Assembly (NCBI RefSeq): GCF_027921745.1
Contig: NC_079240.1
Coordinates: 868,001 to 932,000, forward strand
Length of the DNA: 64,000 nt
Direction of reading: 5' to 3'
From: Schizosaccharomyces osmophilus
Lineage: Eukaryota
The translations under genes were made by a program, and so were the position numbers. Under the pieces are notes generated by a model, which did not search any database, had not been told where the DNA came from, and saw only the letters and a program-made list of their open reading frames with translations. Shown here one piece after another: positions 35,301 to 45,969 of this stretch (positions within the stretch are counted from its first letter, which is position 1; each line of letters starts with the position of its first letter).

Positions 35301-35965
35301 ATTGCTTGAAATTACATGTTGGTTAAAGTATATATTGTCATAATAAAGAGCTCAAATGGGTTTAGGGGTTCTATAGAGTGTTGTTTGGTAAAAGACAGTC
35401 GGGTTGTTAGGGTATGGATGGATTTCGTTTTCAATTGGAATCAATAAAGAAACGATTTGTAAACGTTTCTCTTTTTCATTCTGGTCATTGCTTTGCTGCT
35501 CGGGGAGGGGGTTCCCTTTTTGTAAACAAACAAACCATGGAATTGATCAAGTGGAATCCTATGACAAGCATTTTACAATACTACTAATCTAAAATTGGGT
35601 TCTATTCTTTTTTTTCAGTTCTTTGGATTGAATACGCATCCTACCTCTACTCGAACCACTCATAGCGCATCAACGTAGGAAACAGACACACGCAAGACAG
35701 AAAAAAGAAAAAGGGTCCTCACTGGCGTTGCAAAAAAAAAAGAAGTAAAAGTAAAATTACAAAAAAATTCTACTTTTTATTTAATTCTTTATATGGAAAA
35801 TACGAATAAAAATCTTTCATTTGTACATACATGTCATAAATACCAAGTTATGTAATCCACTAGTACAGGAAATTCACATCACGGGAGAGTTTATAACACA
35901 ATGCTGACTCATACGAAAAGATTTTCTTTATATATATAAACTGCATAGAACCCCCGGCTGTCTCA

Positions 35966-36973
35966 ATGCTAGGCAAATTTGGCTTTTCCAAACTGATCAA
36001 AGCATCCACCACATACTCGAATATTGCAAAGATGTCTGGCGGTAAAGTTACAGATTGGGCTAGTAAGGACGGCGAATTCCGGCGTCAAACATCATCATTT
36101 CGTGAAACAGTTTCGAAAGACCATTCAATTTTCCGCCCGGAAGTTGGCCGTTATCACTTGTATGTAAGTTTAGCTTGTCCTTGGGCCCACCGTACCCTGA
36201 TCGTTCGTAAACTGAAGGGATTGGAAGAGGTATTGCCCGTGCATGTTGTAGGATGGTACATGGGTCCGAATGGTTGGGATTTCGAAACAGAACGCGGAAG
36301 TACTGGAGATGCAATTTACCAAAGTCCTTTCCTAAGAAACTTGTATTTCCGTGCAGATCCCAACTATAATATGCGCTTCACGGTGCCCGTGTTGTGGGAC
36401 GTAAAACACCATACAATCGTAAACAATGAAAGTGCAGAGATCATCCGCACACTCAATTACGAATTGAACGACTTGATCAAAGACCCAAAGAAAAAGGAAC
36501 TGGATCTGTATCCAAAAGACCTGCGTTCGGAAATCGATCGATGGAACGACTACTTTTATGAAACACTCAACAATGGTGTCTACAAATCGGGATTTGCTAC
36601 CAAAGCAGAAGCTTACGAGAAGAATGTCAAGATTGTATTTGAAGCCCTGGGCAAATTGGAGGATTTGCTTAAAAAGACTGGTGGTCCCTACGTTTTAGGC
36701 GATCGCTTAACGGAAACCGATATTCGTTTGTACACCACGGTGGTTCGGTTTGATCCAGTGTATGTGCAGCACTTCAAGTGTAACATTGGTACGATTCGCC
36801 ATGATTATCCTCACATCAACAAATGGCTTCGTAACCTTTATTGGCGCCACCCTGCCTTTTTCGAAACCACCGACTTTGATCACATCAAATGGCACTATAC
36901 AAGAAGCCATACCCAAATCAACCCGTTGAGCATCACTCCCTTGGGTCCTTTACCTCCAATTGAACCTCTATAA
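35966..36973 (+). CDS. Omega-class GST / glutathionyl-hydroquinone reductase (Ecm4/Gto family)
   Basis: Motifs DGEFRRQ.SSFR, RYHLYVSLACPWAHRTLI, FTVPVLWD, IVNNESAEII, NNGVYK.GFA and RFDPVY. A second in-frame ATG is at 36032. Confidence 0.93.
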   Translation: MLGKFGFSKLIKASTTYSNIAKMSGGKVTDWASKDGEFRRQTSSFRETVSKDHSIFRPEVGRYHLYVSLACPWAHRTLIVRKLKGLEEVLPVHVVGWYMGPNGWDFETERGSTGDAIYQSPFLRNLYFRADPNYNMRFTVPVLWDVKHHTIVNNESAEIIRTLNYELNDLIKDPKKKELDLYPKDLRSEIDRWNDYFYETLNNGVYKSGFATKAEAYEKNVKIVFEALGKLEDLLKKTGGPYVLGDRLTETDIRLYTTVVRFDPVYVQHFKCNIGTIRHDYPHINKWLRNLYWRHPAFFETTDFDHIKWHYTRSHTQINPLSITPLGPLPPIEPL

Positions 36974-37889
36974 TCTATATCTAAAGCTATAGCTATATGT
37001 ATATTTATAAATTTGTAGTATGAATGAAATGTATAGATGGTAATATCTAAAGAATCAGACGAAACGAAGCAAAAAAAAAATAAAAAAAAAAATGAAAACT
37101 ACGCTACCATGAACCAATCTTACAATTATATCCATAGAACACTAATCTTTCAAAGAAATAAAAGAAATAAAAGACAAAGCTGTTCACTCAAACAATAAAC
37201 AAAACTGTTTAATACCTACCTAAACATACACCCTCTACTCCGGGACCTTCGGAACCCAATGGGACGACCATGGAATTCGCTTACGTCTCTGTTTATTTAC
37301 TCTCTTCACAGCCCCATCATATTCCACGCCTAAGGCATTCCAACGCTTTTCTCCAAAAGAATATTACCGTACTTTTACAATCTTTACTGTACTGCCATTG
37401 ACTTCCGTATAATCGAACCATGTATCTCATGGACGGTGTTCGATTCGTTCTTTTGCCAGCCTCAGTTCTCACGGTTATATCACACACTGACGAATCAAGG
37501 TGGCAATTACGGATCGCTAGTGTCCTTAAGCTTCCGATTGGCTATTGAGTTCAAATTAGCATCGCTCAAACTCCAAAGAGAATTACTTCATCATTGCAGT
37601 GGATGGGACGGTTTCATGGATTTCGCTCGTCTTGAGACTATTTTCAGTGGTTTTTTTTGTAATATTCTCTCTTTTTCTTGTAGAGTTCTTCTATTTTTTT
37701 TCTTTTTTCCTACTTCCCACTCGCTCTGCCCTGTTTCCTTCCTTTCTCGTTTCCAATTCCTTTTTCTTTGTTGACCTATCTTGATGCTCCCTGATTGGCT
37801 GAGCTTTTCCTTAGAGTTCCCAACCAGCGTTCTCCTTCCCCTTGTTTCTCTTGCTTGTTCCCTCCCAGACCACCGTTTGGGCCTCACTA

Positions 37890-37909
37890 ACCCTACCCTA
37901 CCCTACCCT
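37890..37909. repeat. (ACCCT)4 tandem repeat, Homol-E-like, in the ole1 promoter
   Basis: ACCCTACCCTACCCTACCCT, about 30 bp upstream of TATAAAA (37938-37944). Confidence 0.7.
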
Positions 37910-38406
37910 GCCCATCACCGACATTCACACGGTAAGGTATAAAAGAATAGAGACATCCGCTGTCTGGAAGACTTTACCAAAGCGCCATACTTTTAACGAT
38001 TTCTGAACTCCCCTTTTCAGAAACTATTACTATTGCCATAAAATAGCAAACAATTGCTTTTTAGGCATCGTATAGTTGCGACTGGGTTGTCCTTTTCCGT
38101 TTCCTATATTCCTGTTTTTCTTTTCTTGACCCACTCGTGTCGTTTGGTGTCTTGTTTTAGAAACAGACCCGCTCTTGCTTGCTTGATTGCTTGCTTCTCT
38201 TTTACACCTTAACATTTTTTCTTTTGTCACGTTTCCATTTGCATTCCCGGTAACTGCTTTTACTGGCTTTTGAGATTAGATTATATACACAAAGCTCAGT
38301 TGTTGCCTGGATTCATATATTATCCTTTTTCATTTTTCTTCATTTTGTTGATTCCTGTTTTCTTTTTTCTCACACTTTTTCGCTTTCAAATCATAAAATC
38401 TTCATT

Positions 38407-39846
38407 ATGTCTGCGAATGGATTGTCTCAGGGCTCTCATGCCTCTGTCCATCCTTCCACTGGCGAGGACAACACTCTTCGCCAACGTAAAATCCCCGTTG
38501 TTCCTGTTGTCCCCGAGCGCCGTTTTGACCCCAAGGCCCCGAAACACATTCAGGAACAACCATGGACCCTTGATAACTTTTGGCGCCACTTCAACTGGCT
38601 GCATTTGATTCTTTTGTTTAGTTTTCCTGCCATCGGTATTTATGGTATTTGCACGACTCCTTTACATACCAAGACTCTGATCTTTTCCATCGTCTATTAC
38701 TTCTACTCGGGTCTTGGTATTACTGGTGGTTACCACCGTCTCTGGGCTCACCGTTCCTACAAGGCCAAGAAACCCCTCCAATACTTCTTCGCCGCTGGTG
38801 GTGCCGCCGCCTTTGAAGGTTCTATCCGTTGGTGGGCTCGTGACCATCGTGCTCATCACCGTTATACCGACACTGACAAGGACCCTTACAATGTCAAGAA
38901 GGGTTTCTGGTACGCTCACATTGGCTGGATGATCATCCTCCAAAACCCTCGTCGTATTGGCCGTACCGATATTTCAGACTTGAACACCGACAAGCATGTC
39001 GTCTGGAATCATCGTAACTTCCTTCTGTTTGCTACTGTGATGGCCTTTGTTGTACCTAGTCTTATTTGTGGTTACTTCTGGGGTGATTACCGTGGTGGCT
39101 ACTTCTACGCTGGTATCTGCCGTCTTGTCTTTGTTCACCATGCTACCTTCTGCGTGAATTCCCTCGCTCATATCTTGGGTAGTCAACCTTTTGACGATAC
39201 CAACTCCGCCCGTAACCACTACATCACCGCCCTTGTCACTCTCGGTGAGGGTAACCACAACTACCACCACGCCTTCCCTAACGACTACCGTAATGGTTTA
39301 AGATGGTACGAATACGACCCTACCAAGGGTTTCATCTGGGCTTGCAGTCTCATTGGTCTTGCTTACGATCTCAACACCTTCCCTCAAAATGAAATCGAAA
39401 AGAGTCTTGTTCAACAAAGACAAAAGGTTTTGGACCGCTGGCGTGCTCGCCTCAACTGGGGTACTCCTTTGGAGGTCCTCCCTGTTATGGAATTTGAAGA
39501 ATTTTTGGAACAAAGCAAGGCTCGCCCTCTTGTCCTCATCAACGGTGTCGTTCACGACGTGACTGGTTTCCAACACCCTGGTGGTCAAGGTCTTTTGCGT
39601 TCTGCCTTTGGTAAGGATGCCACTGCTGCTTTCAATGGTGGTGTATATGAGCACACCAATGGTGCCCATAACTTGCTCTCTACCTACCGTATCGCTGTTG
39701 TCCGCGGTGGTATGGAAGTTGAGGTTTGGAAGTCTGGTGCCGGTGAAAAAATGCCCATGAAAGATACCTTTGGTCACCGAATCGTTCGTGTTAACGAGCA
39801 ACCCACTCGCCTTCAGCCTCCTATTGAAGCCGCTGCTGCTAATTGA
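38407..39846 (+). CDS. ole1: Acyl-CoA delta-9 desaturase with fused cytochrome b5
   Basis: His boxes HRLWAH, HRAHH and HNYHH; C-terminal b5 HPGG motif. Confidence 0.97.
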   Translation: MSANGLSQGSHASVHPSTGEDNTLRQRKIPVVPVVPERRFDPKAPKHIQEQPWTLDNFWRHFNWLHLILLFSFPAIGIYGICTTPLHTKTLIFSIVYYFYSGLGITGGYHRLWAHRSYKAKKPLQYFFAAGGAAAFEGSIRWWARDHRAHHRYTDTDKDPYNVKKGFWYAHIGWMIILQNPRRIGRTDISDLNTDKHVVWNHRNFLLFATVMAFVVPSLICGYFWGDYRGGYFYAGICRLVFVHHATFCVNSLAHILGSQPFDDTNSARNHYITALVTLGEGNHNYHHAFPNDYRNGLRWYEYDPTKGFIWACSLIGLAYDLNTFPQNEIEKSLVQQRQKVLDRWRARLNWGTPLEVLPVMEFEEFLEQSKARPLVLINGVVHDVTGFQHPGGQGLLRSAFGKDATAAFNGGVYEHTNGAHNLLSTYRIAVVRGGMEVEVWKSGAGEKMPMKDTFGHRIVRVNEQPTRLQPPIEAAAAN

Positions 39847-40343
39847 TTTGTCTTGTATTTTCGTTTTTTTTTCTTAATTTGAAAGTAAATTTCTTGGGAG
39901 GTGACGCAACGTTCATAATTCTATAATGCATAATTTAATAAAATTTTAATCTACAAGCTAATTCTCTTGTTTGTGTAAACAACTAGTACAACTGTAAATG
40001 GCAATCGTTCGATGTGAATTCCGAAAACACAGTAAGTAAGAAATGCGGTACCGTCCATCAGCAAGCAGTAGAGGATATATGGTAAAGCCTGTTAAATGAT
40101 TATACTGTTTTACAAACAAAACTTCCATTATCAAAAATTTAGACTAATTCATTAACTATTACTAACCAAATTCCATTCATAACATCGTTCAATGACCAAC
40201 AAAATAAAGAAAGGATGCTTGCTTGTTCATTTTTCTATTTCGAAACCTTCGCACAGGATATCGTTTCAGAAAGCCCTTTTAATAACTTCTAACTTCTTTT
40301 GAATGAAAAAAGTACATGCGCTGTAGGAGAAGAAATCCCCCAA

Positions 40344-41528
40344 TTACCATAATGTACCGTTCATTCTGGCTTGTAAAAGTTCTTGCTCTTGTCGCCTTCG
40401 AATTGCGTCTTGTATATGAGGAGGACAAGAAGCAAGGACAGAAAAGGGAACATTTATTAACGAGACTTGAGGTGCTATATCGGGGTTTAGAGATACTAAA
40501 ATATCAAGTTTTGGAGCAATATACTCTTCTTGGTCGTGAGCAATGTGAGCCCACTCAGTTCGAGATGGCTGAGAGTTTTGAGGAACATGAAGTAAATTTG
40601 AATGAGGTTCAAAAAAGCCAGTAGTTTGTTTCCGTGCGATATTTTCTGCAAGGTCATTATTGTAAGCAGAAGTGGCTTTAGCATGCTGAAACAACCAGGT
40701 AGCATCTTTAGGAGGGTCCTTTTTACGCTTTCTGACTGCTGAAGGTAACTGCGCTTCAAAAGAAGGCTGGGTATGGTATACAGCACTGGCACCATGCCAT
40801 GCGACATATTGATTTCGATTATATGGCATTCCCGGAGGGGGGAGTTTATCCTCAGGGTCGGCTAGGTCACCTTCTGCAAAACCACGAGCGCGAAATTCAC
40901 CTTCCCAATAATCATCAACTATCCTTCGACCACCGACAATAATCTTTGCACCGAACTCACGGAAGATAGAACGTGCAGCTACGATTCCCACTGCTCTTCC
41001 CTTATATGAGTGTGGAATAATATTTCGTTCAATTAAGTCCCATTTTTCTGCATCATCGACTATAATCTTATGGAGAGAGCGATGTTTTAAAAACAATAAA
41101 TATGAGTCCCTATAACCCATGGCACGGGCGGGTTCTGTCGAAAGCATGTACAACCGATTTCCTCTACCCAGACAAGTGAATGTTCGACAACGATACTCGC
41201 GTCCACCGTTCAAATAACCAAGCTCATTCACCTTTTTCTCTCCTTCGGGATCAACCACACCAAAATTGAGTTCGTCATCTTCCAAGGTTGCACGATGTGC
41301 ATACAAATCTTTAGGAACAACGGTAGAACCAGAGGATTGCGTTGAGACCTTGGGTCTTGGAGCGCGATTTGTCCTCCTACGCGAGCGACCACCGTAATAT
41401 TCATCATCGTCTTCATCGTCACTACCGAATGCCGCATAACTTCCTTTGGGAGGACGTCCTCTGCGTTTCTTCAAGCTAACTGTAGGATTCGTCGGCACCG
41501 AATGATCAGACTCTACTGGTGATTCCAT
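40344..41528 (-). CDS. rsc7: RSC chromatin remodelling subunit Rsc7 (Npl6)
   Basis: First ATG at 41528. AT-hook RRGRPPK; motifs DPEGEKKV..LG.L.GGREY, LSTEPAR.MGYRDSYLLF and ARSIFREFGA.II.GG.RIVDDYW. Confidence 0.92.
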   Translation of the reverse strand: MESPVESDHSVPTNPTVSLKKRRGRPPKGSYAAFGSDDEDDDEYYGGRSRRRTNRAPRPKVSTQSSGSTVVPKDLYAHRATLEDDELNFGVVDPEGEKKVNELGYLNGGREYRCRTFTCLGRGNRLYMLSTEPARAMGYRDSYLLFLKHRSLHKIIVDDAEKWDLIERNIIPHSYKGRAVGIVAARSIFREFGAKIIVGGRRIVDDYWEGEFRARGFAEGDLADPEDKLPPPGMPYNRNQYVAWHGASAVYHTQPSFEAQLPSAVRKRKKDPPKDATWLFQHAKATSAYNNDLAENIARKQTTGFFEPHSNLLHVPQNSQPSRTEWAHIAHDQEEYIAPKLDILVSLNPDIAPQVSLINVPFSVLASCPPHIQDAIRRRQEQELLQARMNGTLW

Positions 41529-42751
41529 TGTATGCACAATATTACTTTTCCTGAAACAAGATCTTTCAAATAACGTATTTTATAAAGACAGTGACTTTGG
41601 AAGGGCTTTTGGTGGTAAGGTCGTAGTAGCCTTACCCTTACCGTGCTTGAGGAAAGTCAGAATTTAGAATTGAGCACCAAGTCATGAATTTTCGTAATTT
41701 TCAGTCGCAAATGTTTCTTTCATCAAACATTTCGTAGGAATTTCTTCCAAGTTCAACTTCAAAAAATAAATTCTCGAAAGAAGTAGACTTTTCATCAAGT
41801 ATTATGACCTAGCCTTGAATAGTGTATTCAGGCGAGAGATGAGTGTATTTCACCTTGGTAAACAAAGCGAAAGAAAAGGAAATACGAAAGCATGAAAGCT
41901 GATCCGCTGGTCACAATTCTTAAGAATGTATCTGAAAAAACCATGCGTGCGTGAATTTGACGGCCGTGCACTCTTGGTTGCAAATTTTGCTTCTTTCCGT
42001 TTTCTGCTTTGTATCCATAATTTTGAGTATTCGGAGACATAGGATCGCTTTCTGAAAGTTCTTGTTTTTTCTCATTCCCATGACTGTCCATTCTTTGAAG
42101 TCTGCTATTCGGTCTGTTTTAGTCACAACGAAGGGAATGAAGTAAACCGACTGGGCTTTGGATCCATTCGAGAAATTATAAAGCAGTAAGGCTTCAGTGA
42201 ATTCCTTTCTTTTTCCTTTTATTTTCATTTTTAGAATCATCTACGTTCTTTCGGCTTACTAAATTTTCTAGAAAACTGTACCAATAAGCTAGATCTGAGC
42301 TTCTTCTTGATATTGTACATAACGGCATACTAATACTGTTATGAAAATAAAACAAAATCTTGGCCATTGTATTGATTCCTTTGAACAGCTTCATACATCA
42401 ACTTCATCTTCAAAACTAAGAATTCTTTGTATTCATTCAACCAGACTCAACCACATTTTCTCATCTGGTGAAATCATTCCGTAGACACAAACAGCCACAG
42501 CTGAAAGAATCCTGCTTCTTTTTCATTGGAACAAATAAGGTAGTTTTATCCATTCTGAGCTCAATCTTTGTCATTCTTACTTTGGTACTTAAAAATAAGT
42601 CTGACCTTGAATCTCAATTTGTTATTGAATTCATACCTAATTTGTGGCCTCTCTATTTCCTTCAAATCTTAAAAGTTATTAGACTTCTTCACAAGAATCC
42701 TTTCCTTGGCTGGAGACCCATTTTCTTGGGAAAACCCGCTTGTTTTCAAAT

Positions 42752-43318
42752 ATGCATATCAACGACGAAAGAAATTGGTATCCGGTACTAGAAGTTGCCG
42801 TACAAAAGGCGTCTAAAGGATGTGTGGACACCTCTGAAAAGTACCCATCGCCTAGAGGATTTCAAGGAAAATCCACCCCTTTCCGAAAAGCGAATAAAGA
42901 TCAATCTTCTGATTTATCCATCAACACCGAAAAGCAAAATGCTGAAAAGGCTCTTGTACTGAAAAAAGCATGGGAGCTTGCATACTCTCCTCTTAAACAA
43001 ATCCCGATGAATTTGGTTTTCGCTTACATGTCGGGTAACTCTTTGCAAGTTTTCAGTATTGTCACCACATTTATGTTGTTTTTAAACCCATTAAAAGCAA
43101 TATCTGCTTCTGGTGATGCCTTTGCCTCTTTTCGCTCTGTCCATCCCAACGCCATGTGGCTTCCGATGATAGTTTACGTCCTTTCACAGTGCTTACTTAT
43201 GGCCGTTGGTATTTACAAGCTTCAAAAAATGGGTCTATTACCTACTACAACTAGTGATTGGCTTGCTTGGGAAGTTCCCAAGCATTTCGTTGGGCGCTCT
43301 TTTCATCCTTCCAAGTAA
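42752..43318 (+). CDS. emc4: ER membrane protein complex subunit Emc4
   Basis: Motifs KKAWELAYSPLKQIPMN..YMSGNSLQ.FSI and MGLLPTTTSDWLAWE. First ATG at 42752. Confidence 0.92.
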   Translation: MHINDERNWYPVLEVAVQKASKGCVDTSEKYPSPRGFQGKSTPFRKANKDQSSDLSINTEKQNAEKALVLKKAWELAYSPLKQIPMNLVFAYMSGNSLQVFSIVTTFMLFLNPLKAISASGDAFASFRSVHPNAMWLPMIVYVLSQCLLMAVGIYKLQKMGLLPTTTSDWLAWEVPKHFVGRSFHPSK

Positions 43319-43932
43319 AGTATCTTAGTTGTTCCTTAATTGCTAGACCAGGTGAAACTTCATTTATGTTTTATTTTTCCTTTGGGCTTTGTGGAGGGGA
43401 TCTTCGAATTTCCAAGTCCTTTTTAAAGTCTTGAAAGCTGGGTTTCCTTATATTTACAATTCTTCAATACTCAGACTCTCTTTAAATGGAACATTTCATA
43501 AACTGCCTTTGCTGTTTTCTGGCCTGGGTCAAGCGCTGTCGAATGAAGTACTGTAGATAGCGAAATCATTACTCTCTTTTTAACGTTAGCTTTTGACTTT
43601 GCTTTTTGGTTCTTCCTTTAGTAATTTATCCTACTCAACAACTTCGCGTTGTCCGATCCTACATTCCTATTACTTTGCAATAAATCCCTAATGAACAAAG
43701 TAAGTTTCTAATTTTTATTTGTATGGAAGTTATTTTGATATCTTCTAATAATGAGTTCTTTGCCTGAGAACGGATATGAAATCTCAAATCCTGCCAGACT
43801 AAACTCGCGGCACTAACTACTCATCATTGACAATAATATATTCTGCCCTGAATACCATTGAATATCTGCATATATTAGCTTTATTTTACCTCTTTTATAA
43901 CAATTTTCTATACGTTTTGGTGCATATTCTAA

Positions 43933-44886
43933 ATGGAGGATGAATACAAACAATATCAAAGCCAACTTGCATTAGTAAAAATTTCCCTCGAAAAGGACCC
44001 CGCTAATCAAGAATTACTTGCTTTACAAAATGATTTAGATGAATTAGTTCACTTGACCCAACAGTTAATAAATGAAAAAGAGCAAGAAACCCAAAAGCAA
44101 AAAAAATTGGAAGAGAATGGACAGTCAACAACAGGCTCAAAATCTTTGGCCAATGCTCAAAAATTAGAATTATTCCCTGGCGATTTGGTAATGGCAAGGT
44201 GGACTTCGGGAGACTACTCTTTCTATGCTGGAAAAATAACAGCCATATCAGGACACGGTGCCAACAAAAAATATACAATTCAGTTTTTGGATTATCCCGA
44301 AGTTGAGACAGTATCCCCTCAAAACTTAAAGGCCATGCCTGAAGCGAAACGCAGGAGTATAGCTATGTTAGGCTCTTCTAACAATGCTCTTCGTGCTGGC
44401 CTTTCTCCTATCCCGACCGCATCTGTGGTTCCTTCTCGTAGTATTTCACCGAATTCTTCTTCTAAAACTCAGCCTTTTAAGGCCTCTCCGGAACGTGTGT
44501 TTTCTCCAACAACCAGTGCTCCTCCCTCAAAAGTTGTCCCTGTAGGTTCAATACCCACCACCTCAAGACCTCCTCCTCCGACTATTGTCCCCGAGCCTCC
44601 TGCAATTGCTACACCTCCTCCGCTTCCTTCTCAAAAGCCAAAGAAGCAACTCAAACCCAATGCCGCCTTGGAAGCTTCTAAGAACTCTTGGAAACAGTTT
44701 GCCTCAAGGGGTGTGAAAACAGGACGAATCGGTAAACGGAAAAAAATTGGAGAAACTAGTATGTTCCGCAGTCCTGAAGATGCTGCTGATCGAGTGGGAT
44801 TCATGGGAGGCAATCGAGGTTCTACCAAAGCTGCCCCACGAGAAAAACATGTATATAAATATAAGGAGGACGAGGATAATGAATAA
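43933..44886 (+). CDS. spf30: Splicing factor Spf30 (Tudor/SMN family)
   Basis: Motif YQSQLALV..SL.KDP.NQEL..L..DL.EL, Tudor GDLVMARWTSGD.SFY, and KNSWKQF / SMFRSPE...RVG. Confidence 0.9.
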   Translation: MEDEYKQYQSQLALVKISLEKDPANQELLALQNDLDELVHLTQQLINEKEQETQKQKKLEENGQSTTGSKSLANAQKLELFPGDLVMARWTSGDYSFYAGKITAISGHGANKKYTIQFLDYPEVETVSPQNLKAMPEAKRRSIAMLGSSNNALRAGLSPIPTASVVPSRSISPNSSSKTQPFKASPERVFSPTTSAPPSKVVPVGSIPTTSRPPPPTIVPEPPAIATPPPLPSQKPKKQLKPNAALEASKNSWKQFASRGVKTGRIGKRKKIGETSMFRSPEDAADRVGFMGGNRGSTKAAPREKHVYKYKEDEDNE

Positions 44887-45969
44887 ATGAACATAGCAAA
44901 CTTACATGTCACGCATCTAACTGTTGATTTACGTTTTTACTAATGTCTTGATACAATTATCAGATTGTGGTGAAAACATACAAAAAGAATCCCTTTATTA
45001 CAATTTGTAAACAACGGAAGTTTTCAACAAAGAAACATTACCAGAGGAAACAATGTTATATATATACACCCAGCGTTAGAAGCTCAAATCTTCCAATCTG
45101 AAAATTTGACTGATCTAGCTAAAATAAACTGTTTTTACAACTTTGATAGTGAATCAAATCCCCGGAAGCTACACTATATTCTAATAATTCTTAAAGCATC
45201 CAATTCATTTACAGTTGTAACTATATTTTCCACTGAATACTTGTTCTCATAGCAAGTGAGATCTCGTCTGTGACAAAGTGCTTTAATTATTATTATTCAT
45301 ATTATTCTGCTTGCGCAAACTAGTTTAACCTTTCTATGGGCGTATGTACGCTACCCTTAAGCATTAAACACCATTAGTTTGGTTCATAACATATCTGACT
45401 AAGTATTATAATAATTGGGGGAATCTTTTGCTTCTATTTTGTAAAATTATTGAAACCAATTTTACTAACTCGCAACACATACATGCTCTTTTGGATTAGC
45501 AATTACCATCAAAACGAAAAAGTCGACTACACATCTTCCGTACTTTACATGGCTGCCACAACAGACCATATTAAACCAATGCAAAGGGTAATGCTTATTT
45601 ACTAAAACAAAAGTTCTAATGCCAATAACGTTATATATATATATAATATGAACATGGGTAGAAATAACTTAAAAACCTTTGTTTAATCCTTTTCAAACAT
45701 AGCTATGCATTAATTTTGCAAAAATCAACGAACAATATTCATCATAAACAAGTTTTCGATAGAATTGAAATAATTGATTAACTTACACGTTAATCGCTAC
45801 TACCATTAATAACCTTATTAATGGTACTTAATAGCAATTTTCAGTAGGAAAAAATCCTTTCCTACAATGAATTCCAGTGTTAATTTTTTAACATGCAAAC
45901 CTTTTTAGGCACATGTGGGCTACTTTCGTCTTTATTCAACAACTATAGATGACACGTCCTCTAAACAAA

